Assembly (NCBI GenBank): GCA_044225935.1
Contig: JBGAHX010000020.1
Location: 2,632-66,631, forward strand
From: Gemmatimonadaceae bacterium
GTDB taxonomy: Bacteria > Gemmatimonadota > Gemmatimonadetes > Gemmatimonadales > Gemmatimonadaceae
Direction of reading: 5' to 3'
DNA: 64,000 nt
The first letter of the stretch is position 1, and each line of letters opens with the position of its first letter. The position numbers were made by a program, and so were the translations under genes. The notes beneath the pieces are model-generated. The model made no database searches. It saw nothing but the letters and a program-made list of their open reading frames with translations, and was not told the DNA's origin. Positions 43,503 through 52,345 of the stretch are shown here, piece after piece.

Positions 43503-46175
43503 ATGTCAGACCCCATTGGCAGTTTCTCCGGGCTGGCGAGCGGCGTGCAGTGGCGGGATCTGGTCGACCAGCTCGTGGCGATCGACAAGCAACGCAAGCT
43601 CGATCCGGTTACCGCTCGCACCACGCTCGCGCAGAACCAGGCCACGGCCTGGACCTCGTATCAGTCCCTGGCCGTCAAGTTCCGAGATGCGGCGAATGCT
43701 CTGCGTGACAGCAGCGCGTTCGGCGCCTTCAGCGTATCCGGCGGTACGAGCATCGCCACCGGGCGCACGCTGCTCACCGCGTCGGCTTCGTCCGGCGCGT
43801 CGCCTGGGAACTACTCCGTAGAGGTGCTCGACGTCGCCCGCGCCAACAAACTCAGTGGTGCGGTCGTCAGCAGCCCGTCGTCGGCGCTTGGCTACAGCGG
43901 CGAATTCGGCGTCAATGGTCAGAAGGTGACGGTGGTCGCCACCGACACCCTCAACAGCATTCGCGACAAGATCAACGCCCTCAACGCCGGCAGCAGCGCG
44001 TCGGGGGTGACGGCGTCGGTGCTCAGCACCGGTTCCACCCAGCATCGCCTCATCCTCTCGTCCGACCAGACGGGCGCCGCGGGGATCGAGCTCATCGACG
44101 ACGCCGGCGGCGTATTGCAGCAGCTCGGCGTGGTCGACGGCACGAAGTCCCTCAACGTGGCGAGCGATGGCGGTGTCCAGACACAGAAAGTCTCGTCGAC
44201 CACCGCGGCGATCGCCGCGATGCTCGGCGTCACCATGCCGCCGCCGAGTACCATCGAGGTTGGCGGGCGCACGATCACGGTCGACCTGACGGTCGACTCG
44301 CTCTCGTCGATTGCGGCGAAGATTTCCGCAGCAGGCGGCAACGCCTCGGTCAACTCCGAAACGGCGGGCGGGAAGACGTCGTACCGCCTGGTTACCAGCG
44401 ACACCGTCAGCGCATCCACCGTCGACGGGCAGCGCACGCTCGAAGTCCTCGGCTTCGTGAAGAACGGGCGCAGCGGGGTGTCGCAGGTCGTGCAGAGCGA
44501 GAATGCCTTCACCGACGGCGTTGGCGTCACGGCCACGGGGAGCACGCTCCTGTCAGCCCTGCAGGTGTCGGGCAACGCCCTCGGGCTTGCGGCTGGCGAC
44601 ACCTTCAACATCCAGGGGAAGCGCGGCGACGGAAGCACGGTGAACCTCAGCTTCACCGTCGGCGCGAGCGACACGCTGCAGACGCTGGTCACCAAGATCA
44701 ACGATGCGACGTCGGGCTTCGGCGCCGGCACGCGCACCGCGACCGCGTCCATCAGCAATGGCCAGATCGTCCTGAGCGACAATGCGTCGGGCGACTCGCA
44801 GCTCGCCCTCTCGCTCTCCGCGACCCGCGTGTCCGACGGATCCACCGTGTCGTTGGGGCGGCAGCTCGTGTCGACGGTCGGACGCCAGCGCGAAGTCGTC
44901 GCCGGGACCGATGCGTCGGTCCGCGTCGACGGCGTCGTCGTTTCGCGCGCGAGCAACACCATCGCCGACGCCTTGAACGGCGTGACCCTGACCTTGCAGC
45001 AGGCCGAAGTTGGGACGACGGTGTCGCTGAACATCGCGCGTGACACCGACGCCCTCTCGACGAAGGTCAAGGCCGTCGCCGACGCGTACAACGCGCTCGT
45101 GAAGTTCCGTGCCGATCAGCAGAAGGACGGGCAGCCACTCCGGAACAATCCCACGCTGCGCAACTCGATCGCGTCGCTCACCTCGCAGCTCCTCTCGAAC
45201 GTTTCCGGACTCTCCGGCACGCTCAACCGCCCGGGCTCCGTCGGACTGGCGTTGCAGGCTGATGGTACGCTCAAGCTCGACGACACGGTCTTCAAGGCGG
45301 CGCTCAACTCGAATTTCTCCGACGTCGTCTCGCTCTTCACCACCTCGGGCACGAGCGCCAACAACCAGATCTCCTACTGGACGTCGTCGTACAAGACGCT
45401 CCCCGGCTCCTACGCGGTCAACATCACCGCAGCAGCTACCACGCCGACCGTATCGGGGAGCGGCTTCTCGGGGACGTACGTCGACGACGGCACGCCCGAC
45501 ACCCTCGACATCACCGACGCGATCAGCGGCGTCACCGGGAGCATCTCGCTCGCCAACGGCGACACGACCGACACCATCGTCACCAAGCTGAATTCGCTGT
45601 TCGCCACGTCGAAGATGGCGTTGTCGGCCTCCAAGAACGGCAACGACCTGGTGATCACCGGGACGCGCTACGGCAGCGCATCGTCCTTCACCGTGGCCTA
45701 TACGCCCGGTGGGGCCGACGGCACAGCGCAGCTGGGGATCGCGGCCAATTCCTTCGCGGGTACCGACGTCGCCGGGACGATCGGTGGCGAGCTTGCGACT
45801 GGGAGCGGGCAGGTCCTCACCGCAACTCCGGCGATCGTCGGGAAAGCGGTTGACGGACTTTCGATCTCGTACACGGGGACGGCCACGGGGGCGGTGGGCG
45901 ACTTGAACTTCACGCTCGGCGTGGGCGGGATGCTGTACAACACGTCCGATGTGTTCGCCCGTCCGGACGGCACGATCTTCGAGCAGCAGCAGCAGCTCGA
46001 AAAGACGATCAACGACCTCGGGACGCGTGCCGATACTCTCCAGCAGCAGATCGATCGTCGTCGTGCCGCGCTGGTGGCGCAGTTCACGAAGATGGAGGCT
46101 GCGATCAGTCGCATTCAGTCGCAGGGTTCGGCGCTCTCCAGCTTCATCAACTCGCTGCAGGCGTCGGGCAACTAG
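43503..46175 (+). CDS. fliD: Filament cap protein FliD (unusually long, 890 aa)
   Basis: N-terminal FSGLASGVQWRDLVDQLVAIDKQRKLDPV and C-terminal LQQQIDRRRAALVAQFTKMEAAISRIQSQGSAL are FliD termini. The central region is a Thr/Ser/Gly-rich repetitive beta-type sequence. Confidence 0.85.
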   Translation: MSDPIGSFSGLASGVQWRDLVDQLVAIDKQRKLDPVTARTTLAQNQATAWTSYQSLAVKFRDAANALRDSSAFGAFSVSGGTSIATGRTLLTASASSGASPGNYSVEVLDVARANKLSGAVVSSPSSALGYSGEFGVNGQKVTVVATDTLNSIRDKINALNAGSSASGVTASVLSTGSTQHRLILSSDQTGAAGIELIDDAGGVLQQLGVVDGTKSLNVASDGGVQTQKVSSTTAAIAAMLGVTMPPPSTIEVGGRTITVDLTVDSLSSIAAKISAAGGNASVNSETAGGKTSYRLVTSDTVSASTVDGQRTLEVLGFVKNGRSGVSQVVQSENAFTDGVGVTATGSTLLSALQVSGNALGLAAGDTFNIQGKRGDGSTVNLSFTVGASDTLQTLVTKINDATSGFGAGTRTATASISNGQIVLSDNASGDSQLALSLSATRVSDGSTVSLGRQLVSTVGRQREVVAGTDASVRVDGVVVSRASNTIADALNGVTLTLQQAEVGTTVSLNIARDTDALSTKVKAVADAYNALVKFRADQQKDGQPLRNNPTLRNSIASLTSQLLSNVSGLSGTLNRPGSVGLALQADGTLKLDDTVFKAALNSNFSDVVSLFTTSGTSANNQISYWTSSYKTLPGSYAVNITAAATTPTVSGSGFSGTYVDDGTPDTLDITDAISGVTGSISLANGDTTDTIVTKLNSLFATSKMALSASKNGNDLVITGTRYGSASSFTVAYTPGGADGTAQLGIAANSFAGTDVAGTIGGELATGSGQVLTATPAIVGKAVDGLSISYTGTATGAVGDLNFTLGVGGMLYNTSDVFARPDGTIFEQQQQLEKTINDLGTRADTLQQQIDRRRAALVAQFTKMEAAISRIQSQGSALSSFINSLQASGN

Positions 46176-46216
46176 TTCCCCTGCGACAGGCGCTCCCACT
46201 CTCTTTGTGAGGCAGC

Positions 46217-46630
46217 ATGTCGTACGGCGCATTCGCCAAGCAGGCCGCGCGCTATCGTGAGGCGGAGGTTCTCTCCGCCTCGCCAGCGCAGCTCGTCGTG
46301 ATCGTGTACGAGCATCTCCTGGTCAACCTGCGCCGTGCGCGCCTTCAGGTGGGGGATGTCGATGGGGCGGCGCGCTCGGACTCGCTCGCCCGTGCCCGCG
46401 CAGCATTGACGGAGCTCCTCGTCACGCTCGACCACGAGAAGGGAGGCGACCTCGCGGCGCGGCTCGGCGCGATCTACACCTTCATGCTCGGGGAGCTGTC
46501 GGTCCTTGGCGTGAAGCCAAGCGCCGAACGGCTCGATGCGATCATCGCCCTCGCGACTGAACTGCACGAGGCGTTTGGGCAGGTCGCGGCGACCCAACCC
46601 GGTACGCGCCAGGCGGTGGCAGCATCATGA
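46217..46630 (+). CDS. fliS: Flagellin chaperone FliS
   Basis: YREAEVLSASPAQLVVIVYEHLLVNL...ARAALTELLVTLDHEKGGDLAARLGAIYTFML is FliS-like. Confidence 0.85.
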   Translation: MSYGAFAKQAARYREAEVLSASPAQLVVIVYEHLLVNLRRARLQVGDVDGAARSDSLARARAALTELLVTLDHEKGGDLAARLGAIYTFMLGELSVLGVKPSAERLDAIIALATELHEAFGQVAATQPGTRQAVAAS

Positions 46631-47049
46631 GCGTAGGCGCGCCTGCCGTTGCCACCGAGCTTCGCGCTCTCTTCGAGCGCTTCACCGCGCTGAGCGAGGA
46701 CGCGATGCGCGCGTGTGACGCCGGCGACGTCGACGCACTCGAGCGCGCGCTCGAGGCGCGCGAGCAGATCACCGGACGGGTCGCCGTCCTGGATCATTCG
46801 CTCGGCGCGATGCGCAACGCGCTGCTTAGCACCGCGGGGCGCGATGCCTTCGATGCCACGCTGCGCACCGCGCGCGCGGCGGCCGCCCTCGCCGAGCGGC
46901 GCAATGCCGAGTTGGCCGAGCGCGCACGCACCGCGCGCACCGTCATCGGGGCCACGATCGACCGCCTGCGTCACGACGCGGCTGCCCAGGCGGCCTACGC
47001 CGCTGCCTCCGAGCGCGACGACGCGCCGCATTTCGACCGTACCCGTTAG
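46627..47049 (+). CDS. Hypothetical helical protein after fliS (possible FliT/FlgN-type chaperone)
   Basis: Translationally coupled to fliS (ATGA overlap) and predicted all-helical by eye. Function inferred from position only. Confidence 0.45.
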   Translation: MSVGAPAVATELRALFERFTALSEDAMRACDAGDVDALERALEAREQITGRVAVLDHSLGAMRNALLSTAGRDAFDATLRTARAAAALAERRNAELAERARTARTVIGATIDRLRHDAAAQAAYAAASERDDAPHFDRTR

Positions 47050-47066
47050 GCACGAGGACGCACGCC

Positions 47067-47405
47067 ATGCCGCCGCGCTGGGAGTCCCCCTTCGATTCGT
47101 CGCCGCGTGACGCGGCCATGCTCGCCGAGGTCCTCGCCGCGCTGCAGTCGCACCTGACGGGTGCGTCCCCCGATGCCACCGGCGACCCGGGGAGCGAGGA
47201 CGGGGAGGGGCACTCCCCCGACGTGCAGGACCTGATCAGTGCCGCCCTGGCCGAGCTGCATCGTCTGGCGCCCATCCCGCGCGCCGAGGCTGGGATCGCT
47301 CCCGTGCTGGGAAGCGGCGTCGTTCATGAGCTGCTGCGTCAGCAGCGCGAGCCACGACTCCTCCTCGAGGCGGAATCCGAGCCTACAGTCGACGAGCGAC
47401 TCTGA
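47067..47405 (+). CDS. Hypothetical protein
   Basis: High third-position GC over 112 codons. No recognisable motif. Confidence 0.4.
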   Translation: MPPRWESPFDSSPRDAAMLAEVLAALQSHLTGASPDATGDPGSEDGEGHSPDVQDLISAALAELHRLAPIPRAEAGIAPVLGSGVVHELLRQQREPRLLLEAESEPTVDERL

Positions 47406-47436
47406 CCCATGCCGATCCCGGTTGTCGGTGCGGCAT

Positions 47437-47463
47437 TAAGTTCCTCCAGCAGTCTGCCGATAC
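47437..47463 (+). promoter_or_regulatory. Candidate sigma28 promoter of flgM
   Basis: TAAG-N15-GCCGATAC, near-consensus. 26 nt upstream of the flgM start region. Confidence 0.7.
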
Positions 47464-47488
47464 CAGTGTCTAGGCAAGGAGGATGCCG

Positions 47489-47788
47489 ATGAAGATTCAT
47501 GGCGGCAACGGAGGCCCCCAGCGTCCCGACCGTTCGCGCGACGTCTCGATCCAACCGGTCGAGTCGCGTGAGCAGGGCGCGAAGCGGACTCCTTCACACG
47601 TGGAAAAATTCGACCGCGTCGAGATCTCCGACGCCGGGCGCGCGAAGGCGGCCCGGCTCGAGCCCACCTCGTCCGGCACTCGCGATCGGTTGGCCGAAGT
47701 GCGACAGCGCGTCCTGAACGGCGCCTACGACGCCGATGCAGTCGTCGGCGAGGTCGCACGCAAGATCATCGACCGCGGCGACGTTTAA
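47489..47788 (+). CDS. flgM: Anti-sigma28 factor FlgM
   Basis: MKIHGG...DRVEISDAGRAKA...LAEVRQRVLNGAYDADAVVGEVARKII is FlgM-like. AAGGAGG at 47476-47482 favours ATG 47489 over 47483. Confidence 0.8.
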   Translation: MKIHGGNGGPQRPDRSRDVSIQPVESREQGAKRTPSHVEKFDRVEISDAGRAKAARLEPTSSGTRDRLAEVRQRVLNGAYDADAVVGEVARKIIDRGDV

Positions 47789-47797
47789 TCAATAGGT

Positions 47798-47846
47798 CAT
47801 CTCGCACGTGCTCGCCGGCCTCCGGCCGGCGAGCGCGTGCGAGATG
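47798..47846 (+). terminator. Very long hairpin (23 bp stem, 3 nt loop) after flgM
   Basis: CATCTCGCACGTGCTCGCCGGCC-TCC-GGCCGGCGAGCGCGTGCGAGATG, with one G-U pair. No U tract follows. Confidence 0.6.
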
Positions 47847-47876
47847 AAGTCAAACTGCACGAAGGAGATCGGGACC

Positions 47877-48254
47877 ATGAAGATCCTTGTCGTCGACGAT
47901 TCGGCCACCATGCGCCGGATTCTGGTCAATTCGCTCCAGCGAATCGGCTACAGCGAGTGTGTGGAAGCGAGTGATGGGCGCGAGGCAGTCGACAAGTTCG
48001 ACAGCAGCATCCAGTTTGTCATCACCGACTGGAACATGCCGAACATGTCCGGGCTCGACCTGGCCAAGGCGTTGCGCGCGCACGCCGACGGCAAGTCGGT
48101 CCCTATCCTCATGGTCACCACCCGCAGCGTCAAGGAAGACATCATCGCCGCCATCCAGGCCGGCGTGAACAACTACATCGTGAAGCCCTTCACCCCCCAG
48201 GTGCTGAAGGAGAAGATCGATGCGGTCTTGAGCGGCGCGGCCGCCGCGGCCTGA
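47877..48254 (+). CDS. cheY: Chemotaxis response regulator CheY
   Basis: MKILVVDDSATMRRIL...FVITDWNMPNMSGLDL...KPFTP. AAGGAG Shine-Dalgarno upstream of the internal ATG 47877. Confidence 0.9.
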   Translation: MKILVVDDSATMRRILVNSLQRIGYSECVEASDGREAVDKFDSSIQFVITDWNMPNMSGLDLAKALRAHADGKSVPILMVTTRSVKEDIIAAIQAGVNNYIVKPFTPQVLKEKIDAVLSGAAAAA

Positions 48255-48256
48255 TC

Positions 48257-48982
48257 ATGATCAACAGACAGCCGAGCGAGCTCCTGTACGACTCCGAAGC
48301 GACGCTACGCCTCGTGGACTCGGCGATCCAGGACATGGGGGAGTTGGGTGGGGAAGAGCAGGCACCGCAATCCCTCGAGCAGCGGCTGCAAGCCGTCCTG
48401 ACGCCCGGCCCCGCGATGGGCCTCATCGGGCTCTCCGACATGCTCGCCCGTGGCTACGCCGAGATCCTCGGCGTCCTCGACTCGCTGCGCCAGAGTCGCA
48501 GCCTCCTCGAGCGCGCCGCCGTCGAGAAGATCCAGTCGACGCACGACAAACTGCGCGAAGTTTCCGATGCCACCGAGACGGCGGCGACGGACATCCTCAA
48601 CGGGCTCGAACGCGCGAATACGATGGTCGATGACCTCGACGCCTACGCCGGCGAGCACGGGGAGCCCGACGATCGCGCCAGCACCATCCGCAACACCCTG
48701 CGTGATGAACTCTTCGCCCTCATGGGGCACATGCAGTTCCAGGACATCACCAGCCAGCAGCTCAACTACGCGTCGGCCGTCCTCACCGAGATGGAGGCGC
48801 GTCTCGCCAACATTGCCCGCGTCTTCGATCCGGCCGCCTTCGGCGCCTCCCCGGAGCGCACGGTGATCGAGGCGGAGGACCACGACCGTCCCGTCACCTT
48901 CGACCCCAACGCCTCCACGCAGAATCGTGAGGAGCGCCAGAAGGTCGCCGACGAGATCGTCGCCACGAAGTCCGCCCCCTAG
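48257..48982 (+). CDS. cheZ: CheZ-like CheY-P phosphatase
   Basis: MQFQDITSQQL resembles the CheZ catalytic QDFQDLTGQ motif (D-x3-Q). Directly follows cheY. Confidence 0.6.
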   Translation: MINRQPSELLYDSEATLRLVDSAIQDMGELGGEEQAPQSLEQRLQAVLTPGPAMGLIGLSDMLARGYAEILGVLDSLRQSRSLLERAAVEKIQSTHDKLREVSDATETAATDILNGLERANTMVDDLDAYAGEHGEPDDRASTIRNTLRDELFALMGHMQFQDITSQQLNYASAVLTEMEARLANIARVFDPAAFGASPERTVIEAEDHDRPVTFDPNASTQNREERQKVADEIVATKSAP

Positions 48983-48997
48983 AAGAGTCCTGCTCCG

Positions 48998-49043
48998 CGC
49001 GCGCCACCGTACGTCCCCGGCGGTGGCGCGCGTCTCGTTTCCC
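48998..49043 (+). terminator. Rho-independent terminator after the cheZ-like gene
   Basis: CGCGCGCCACCG (48998-49009) pairs with CGGTGGCGCGCG (49021-49032), followed by TCTCGTTTCCC. Confidence 0.6.
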
Positions 49044-49156
49044 GGCATTCCGCGGCGCGCGTCAAGATCGCGTCGTGCCGCGCCGAAACTTGGGGAAGAC
49101 GCTCGCAGGTTGCACCGGCAGAGCGTGCACGAATTCTCTCCGACTTCGCATCGCTC

Positions 49157-49801
49157 GTGCCCTCGTACTCGCTCCACGGCTTCGCTCTGCGCCCGATCGC
49201 CTCCTTGGCAACGGCAGAGGATCAGCGAGACATACTCGAGCTGCTCGAGGCGCGGTCGATCACCGACTTCGCCCACCACGCGGAAACGGTCGTCAGTCGC
49301 GTGCGTGATCGCGAAGTTCGCTGCCTCGGTGGATACGCCGATCTCGCGCCCCGCTCGCGGGACATGACCCGAGCACTCCTCGACGCCGTCGAGGACGCGC
49401 GCGACGGCGGCGCGGAGGCATTCCCCGCGGACTACGACCGGCTCCTCGCGATCGTGTGCGATCCCGAATCCGCCGGCGTCTCCGAGGCGCCGCTCGTTCC
49501 CGGCGCGTTAGGCGGGAGCGCGTCGCCCAGGGTGGCCGCCATCGGCGCCTGCGCTGGTCGCGATCCGCTTGAAGACGGAGGTGCGGGCGATCCCGCTTCC
49601 CCAACCCCTGATCAAGCGACCGCGCGGCACGGCGGAGATCGCGTTGCCGGGTCGACAGTCCGCGTGCGCAACACCGCGCTCGGCCGCCTCATCGAGATGG
49701 TCGCCGAGCAGGTGGGCGACGGCCGCGAGCGCCTCCTCCTCGACATCGATCGCGTCCGCTCCGCAACCGAGGTCCGGTCCATCGCCTCCGCCGACGCCTG
49801 A
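49157..49801 (+). CDS. Hypothetical protein in the che cluster
   Basis: 214 codons with reasonable third-position GC. No recognisable motif. GTG start in track. Confidence 0.4.
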   Translation: MPSYSLHGFALRPIASLATAEDQRDILELLEARSITDFAHHAETVVSRVRDREVRCLGGYADLAPRSRDMTRALLDAVEDARDGGAEAFPADYDRLLAIVCDPESAGVSEAPLVPGALGGSASPRVAAIGACAGRDPLEDGGAGDPASPTPDQATARHGGDRVAGSTVRVRNTALGRLIEMVAEQVGDGRERLLLDIDRVRSATEVRSIASADA

Positions 49802-49812
49802 GCGCGATCTCG

Positions 49813-50655
49813 ATGCCGATTCCGCAGGTGCAGACCGCCTCGACGCTGACCATCAGCGACGCGCAGTTCCGCCGTGTCGGTGAACTGGTCACGCGCATCG
49901 CGGGAATCCAGCTCCCACCTGGCAAGGAGAGTCTGGTTCGGTCGCGCCTCGCCAAGCGCATCCGGGCGCTGGGGCTCGCGAGCATGCAGGAGTATCTGGA
50001 CTTCGTCGACGGCGATGCGTCTCGCGGCGAACTCGCCGAGATGATCGACGTCCTCACCACCAACAAGACGTCGTTCTTCCGGGAGATCGAACACTTCCGC
50101 CTGATGCAGCGCTCACTCCTCCCGGCACTGGCGGAGGGGCACGCTCCCGTACGGATCTGGAGCGCGGGATGCTCGACCGGCGAGGAGCCCTATTCGATCG
50201 CCATGGTCGCGCGTGAGACGCTGGGCGCCGGCGCGATGCGCGTTCGTATCCTCGCCACCGACATTTCGGCCCGCTGCCTGCAGCGCGCACGTAGTGCGGA
50301 ATACGACGTGGGTGTGGTCGAGCACGTCGAGCCCGGGCTGCGGGACGCGCATTTCGAACCGGTCATCGGTGCAAACGATCGGCTGCGTGTAGTCCCGCCG
50401 ACCGCCGCGCTCGTGCAATTCACCCGCCTCAATCTGATGTGCGAATGGCCCATGCGCGGGACGTTCGACATGATCTTCTGCCGCAACGTCATGATCTACT
50501 TCGACAAGCCGACGCAGGAACGCCTGGTGACGCGCTTCACCTCGCTCCTCGCGCCAGGAGGGCACCTCATGGTCGGGCACTCCGAGAGCCTGAGCGGACT
50601 TCGCCACGAACTATCCTACGTCCAGCCCGCGACGTACCGCAGGGTCGGCGCATGA
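49813..50655 (+). CDS. cheR: Chemotaxis methyltransferase CheR
   Basis: TTNKTSFFRE, VRIWSAGCSTGEEPYSIAM, ILATDIS, FCRNVMIYFD. Confidence 0.92.
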   Translation: MPIPQVQTASTLTISDAQFRRVGELVTRIAGIQLPPGKESLVRSRLAKRIRALGLASMQEYLDFVDGDASRGELAEMIDVLTTNKTSFFREIEHFRLMQRSLLPALAEGHAPVRIWSAGCSTGEEPYSIAMVARETLGAGAMRVRILATDISARCLQRARSAEYDVGVVEHVEPGLRDAHFEPVIGANDRLRVVPPTAALVQFTRLNLMCEWPMRGTFDMIFCRNVMIYFDKPTQERLVTRFTSLLAPGGHLMVGHSESLSGLRHELSYVQPATYRRVGA

Positions 50656-51159
50656 CACCGGCCGACACGACCTGCCACCGCGAGGTCGGTATTGCCGACA
50701 TGGCGCTGTCGGATACGGAAGATGAGAGACGCGTAATCTTCGTGCTGGGGAGCTGTCCGGGCGTCTGTGTGCACGATTCCCGTGGACGGCGTGAGCGGGC
50801 TGCTTCAACTCATGCTCCCCTCGAGCGACATCGATCCGCAGAAGGCGCAACGCAATCCCCGGATGTTCGTCGATACAGGGGTGCCGGAACTATTGGAGGC
50901 CATTTATCGCGCGGGGGCACACAAGGAGCGCCTGATCGTGCAGGTGATCGGTGGCGTTACCACGGGTGACGCCGAGCAGCGGAACGCTTTTCAGGTCGGG
51001 AAGCGCAATGTGCTGCCGCTCAAGAAGCTGCGGTGGAGGAACAGCGTGATCCTGCGGGGCGAGGACGTCGGCGGCCGACGGCTCTCGCGCACCGAGTTTC
51101 TGCAGGAACGCGCCGGAGAGGTACTCGTGAAGACAAACGGCCGCGAGGCCTCGCTCTGA
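50652..51159 (+). pseudogene. cheD: Chemoreceptor glutamine deamidase CheD with an apparent 1 nt insertion (frameshift at about 50778-50781)
   Basis: Frame A from ATG 50652 (ATGA overlap with cheR) gives ...REVGIADMALS...VLGSCPGVCVHD. Frame B continues PVDGVSGLLQLMLPSS...IGGV...GKRNV...GEDVGG. Together these match the conserved CheD LGSCVAVC..D....G..H.MLP. Confidence 0.8.
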
Positions 51160-51180
51160 CAAACGACAGGAAACAATCGT

Positions 51181-51564
51181 ATGGCACTCAATGTCCTGGT
51201 GATCGACGACAGCGCCGTCATGCGCTCGATGCTCATTCGCACCCTGCGCCTGAGCGGGCTCCCGCTCACGAACGTCTACCAGGCGGGTGATGGCGCCGAA
51301 GCGCTGCAGACATTCGCCGACCACGATGTCGACCTCGCCCTCATCGACATCAACATGCCCGTCATGAACGGTGAGGAGTTGATCGACAAGATCCGCGCCG
51401 ACCGACGGCTCGCCGGCGTCGCCCTCGTCGTCGTCTCGACCGAGGGGTCGGAGACGCGCATCGGCGCGCTCAAGGACCGCGGCGTGTCGTTCATCCACAA
51501 GCCGTTCACCCCCGAGCAGGTGCGCGCCACGGTGCTGCGTGTCCTCGGAGTGGCAGATGCCTGA
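51181..51564 (+). CDS. Second CheY-like single-domain response regulator
   Basis: VLVIDDSAVMRSML...LALIDINMPVMNGEEL...HKPFTP. Confidence 0.88.
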   Translation: MALNVLVIDDSAVMRSMLIRTLRLSGLPLTNVYQAGDGAEALQTFADHDVDLALIDINMPVMNGEELIDKIRADRRLAGVALVVVSTEGSETRIGALKDRGVSFIHKPFTPEQVRATVLRVLGVADA

Positions 51565-52015
51565 GACCTACGCGGCGCCGCTCGTCGACGCCTCTACCGA
51601 GACGTTCGAGCAGCTCGCCTACTTCTTCGCCGAGCCTGGGCCGGTCGATGCCGTGGACCCCAGCGCCGTCGAGGGGGTCGTCGCCGTCGCCTTCAGCGGC
51701 GTCTCGAACGGCGGGGTGGTGTTGCAGCTCGCGGGAGGGATCCTGCCGTCGCTCGCCGCCAACATGCTTGGCCTCGAGTCGGGCGCATCGGTCAGCGAGC
51801 AGCAGGATGCGCTGGGCGAGACGGCGAACGTCATTTGCGGCAATGTCCTTCCGCGCATTGCCGGGACGACGGCTGTCTTCGCCCTCGGTGTTCCGCAGCG
51901 CTTTGAATCGTGGCAATCCGCACTCGATGCGTTGGGTCCCATCGCCGCGCATGTGCGACTCGATGTCGAGGGCGGGCGCGCCGATATCGCGCTGGTGCTG
52001 CAGGCCGCCAGCTGA
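51557..52015 (+). CDS. cheX: CheX/CheC-family CheY-P phosphatase
   Basis: DALGETANVICGNVLP fits the D/S-x3-E-x2-N-x22-P family motif. The ATG at 51557 overlaps the stop of the preceding gene and has GGAG upstream. Confidence 0.7.
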   Translation: MPETYAAPLVDASTETFEQLAYFFAEPGPVDAVDPSAVEGVVAVAFSGVSNGGVVLQLAGGILPSLAANMLGLESGASVSEQQDALGETANVICGNVLPRIAGTTAVFALGVPQRFESWQSALDALGPIAAHVRLDVEGGRADIALVLQAAS

Positions 52016-52052
52016 TCGCGTGGTCGACCACGCCCGGCGCCGTGGGCACTCG

Positions 52053-52235
52053 ATGCCGATTCGCGTGCTCGTGGTCGACGACTCCGCCGTGACACGGACG
52101 GCGATCAGTGACGAGCCGTCACGACACGCCGACATCGAGGTCGAGGGAACGGGCGATCGATCCGTGCGTCTTTCATGCGGTCGCCCAGATGGCTGGACGG
52201 CAAGGCGAGGGGGCGCTCGGCACGGAGATCGGTGA
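52053..52235 (+). pseudogene. cheB: Truncated cheB remnant (first ~30-35 codons of the receiver domain only)
   Basis: MPIRVLVVDDSAVTRTAISDE...ADIEVEGTG matches the CheB N-terminus and then degenerates. Less than 300 nt remain before the tRNA cluster, so no full-length cheB is possible. Confidence 0.6.
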
Positions 52236-52288
52236 GGATGGCGCGGGGGACTGCGAGAATGGTCGAGGGAGCGGCAAGAAACGACAAA

Positions 52289-52316
52289 GGCGGCGCCTCA
52301 CTTGGAGCGCGCCGCC
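52289..52316 (-). terminator. Rho-independent terminator downstream of the tRNA cluster
   Basis: GGCGGCGC...GCGCCGCC, 8 bp stem. On the minus strand it is followed by TTTGTCGTTTCTT. Confidence 0.6.
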
Positions 52317-52345
52317 AAAGTCATTGTATGAAAGCCAGTTACAAG

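Noticed and set aside
52236-52345. Continuation of cheB in another reading frame after the stump
   Set aside because: I translated all three forward frames up to the tRNA-Pro gene. None resembles a receiver domain beyond ~35 residues. In any case less than 300 nt are available, too short for CheB.
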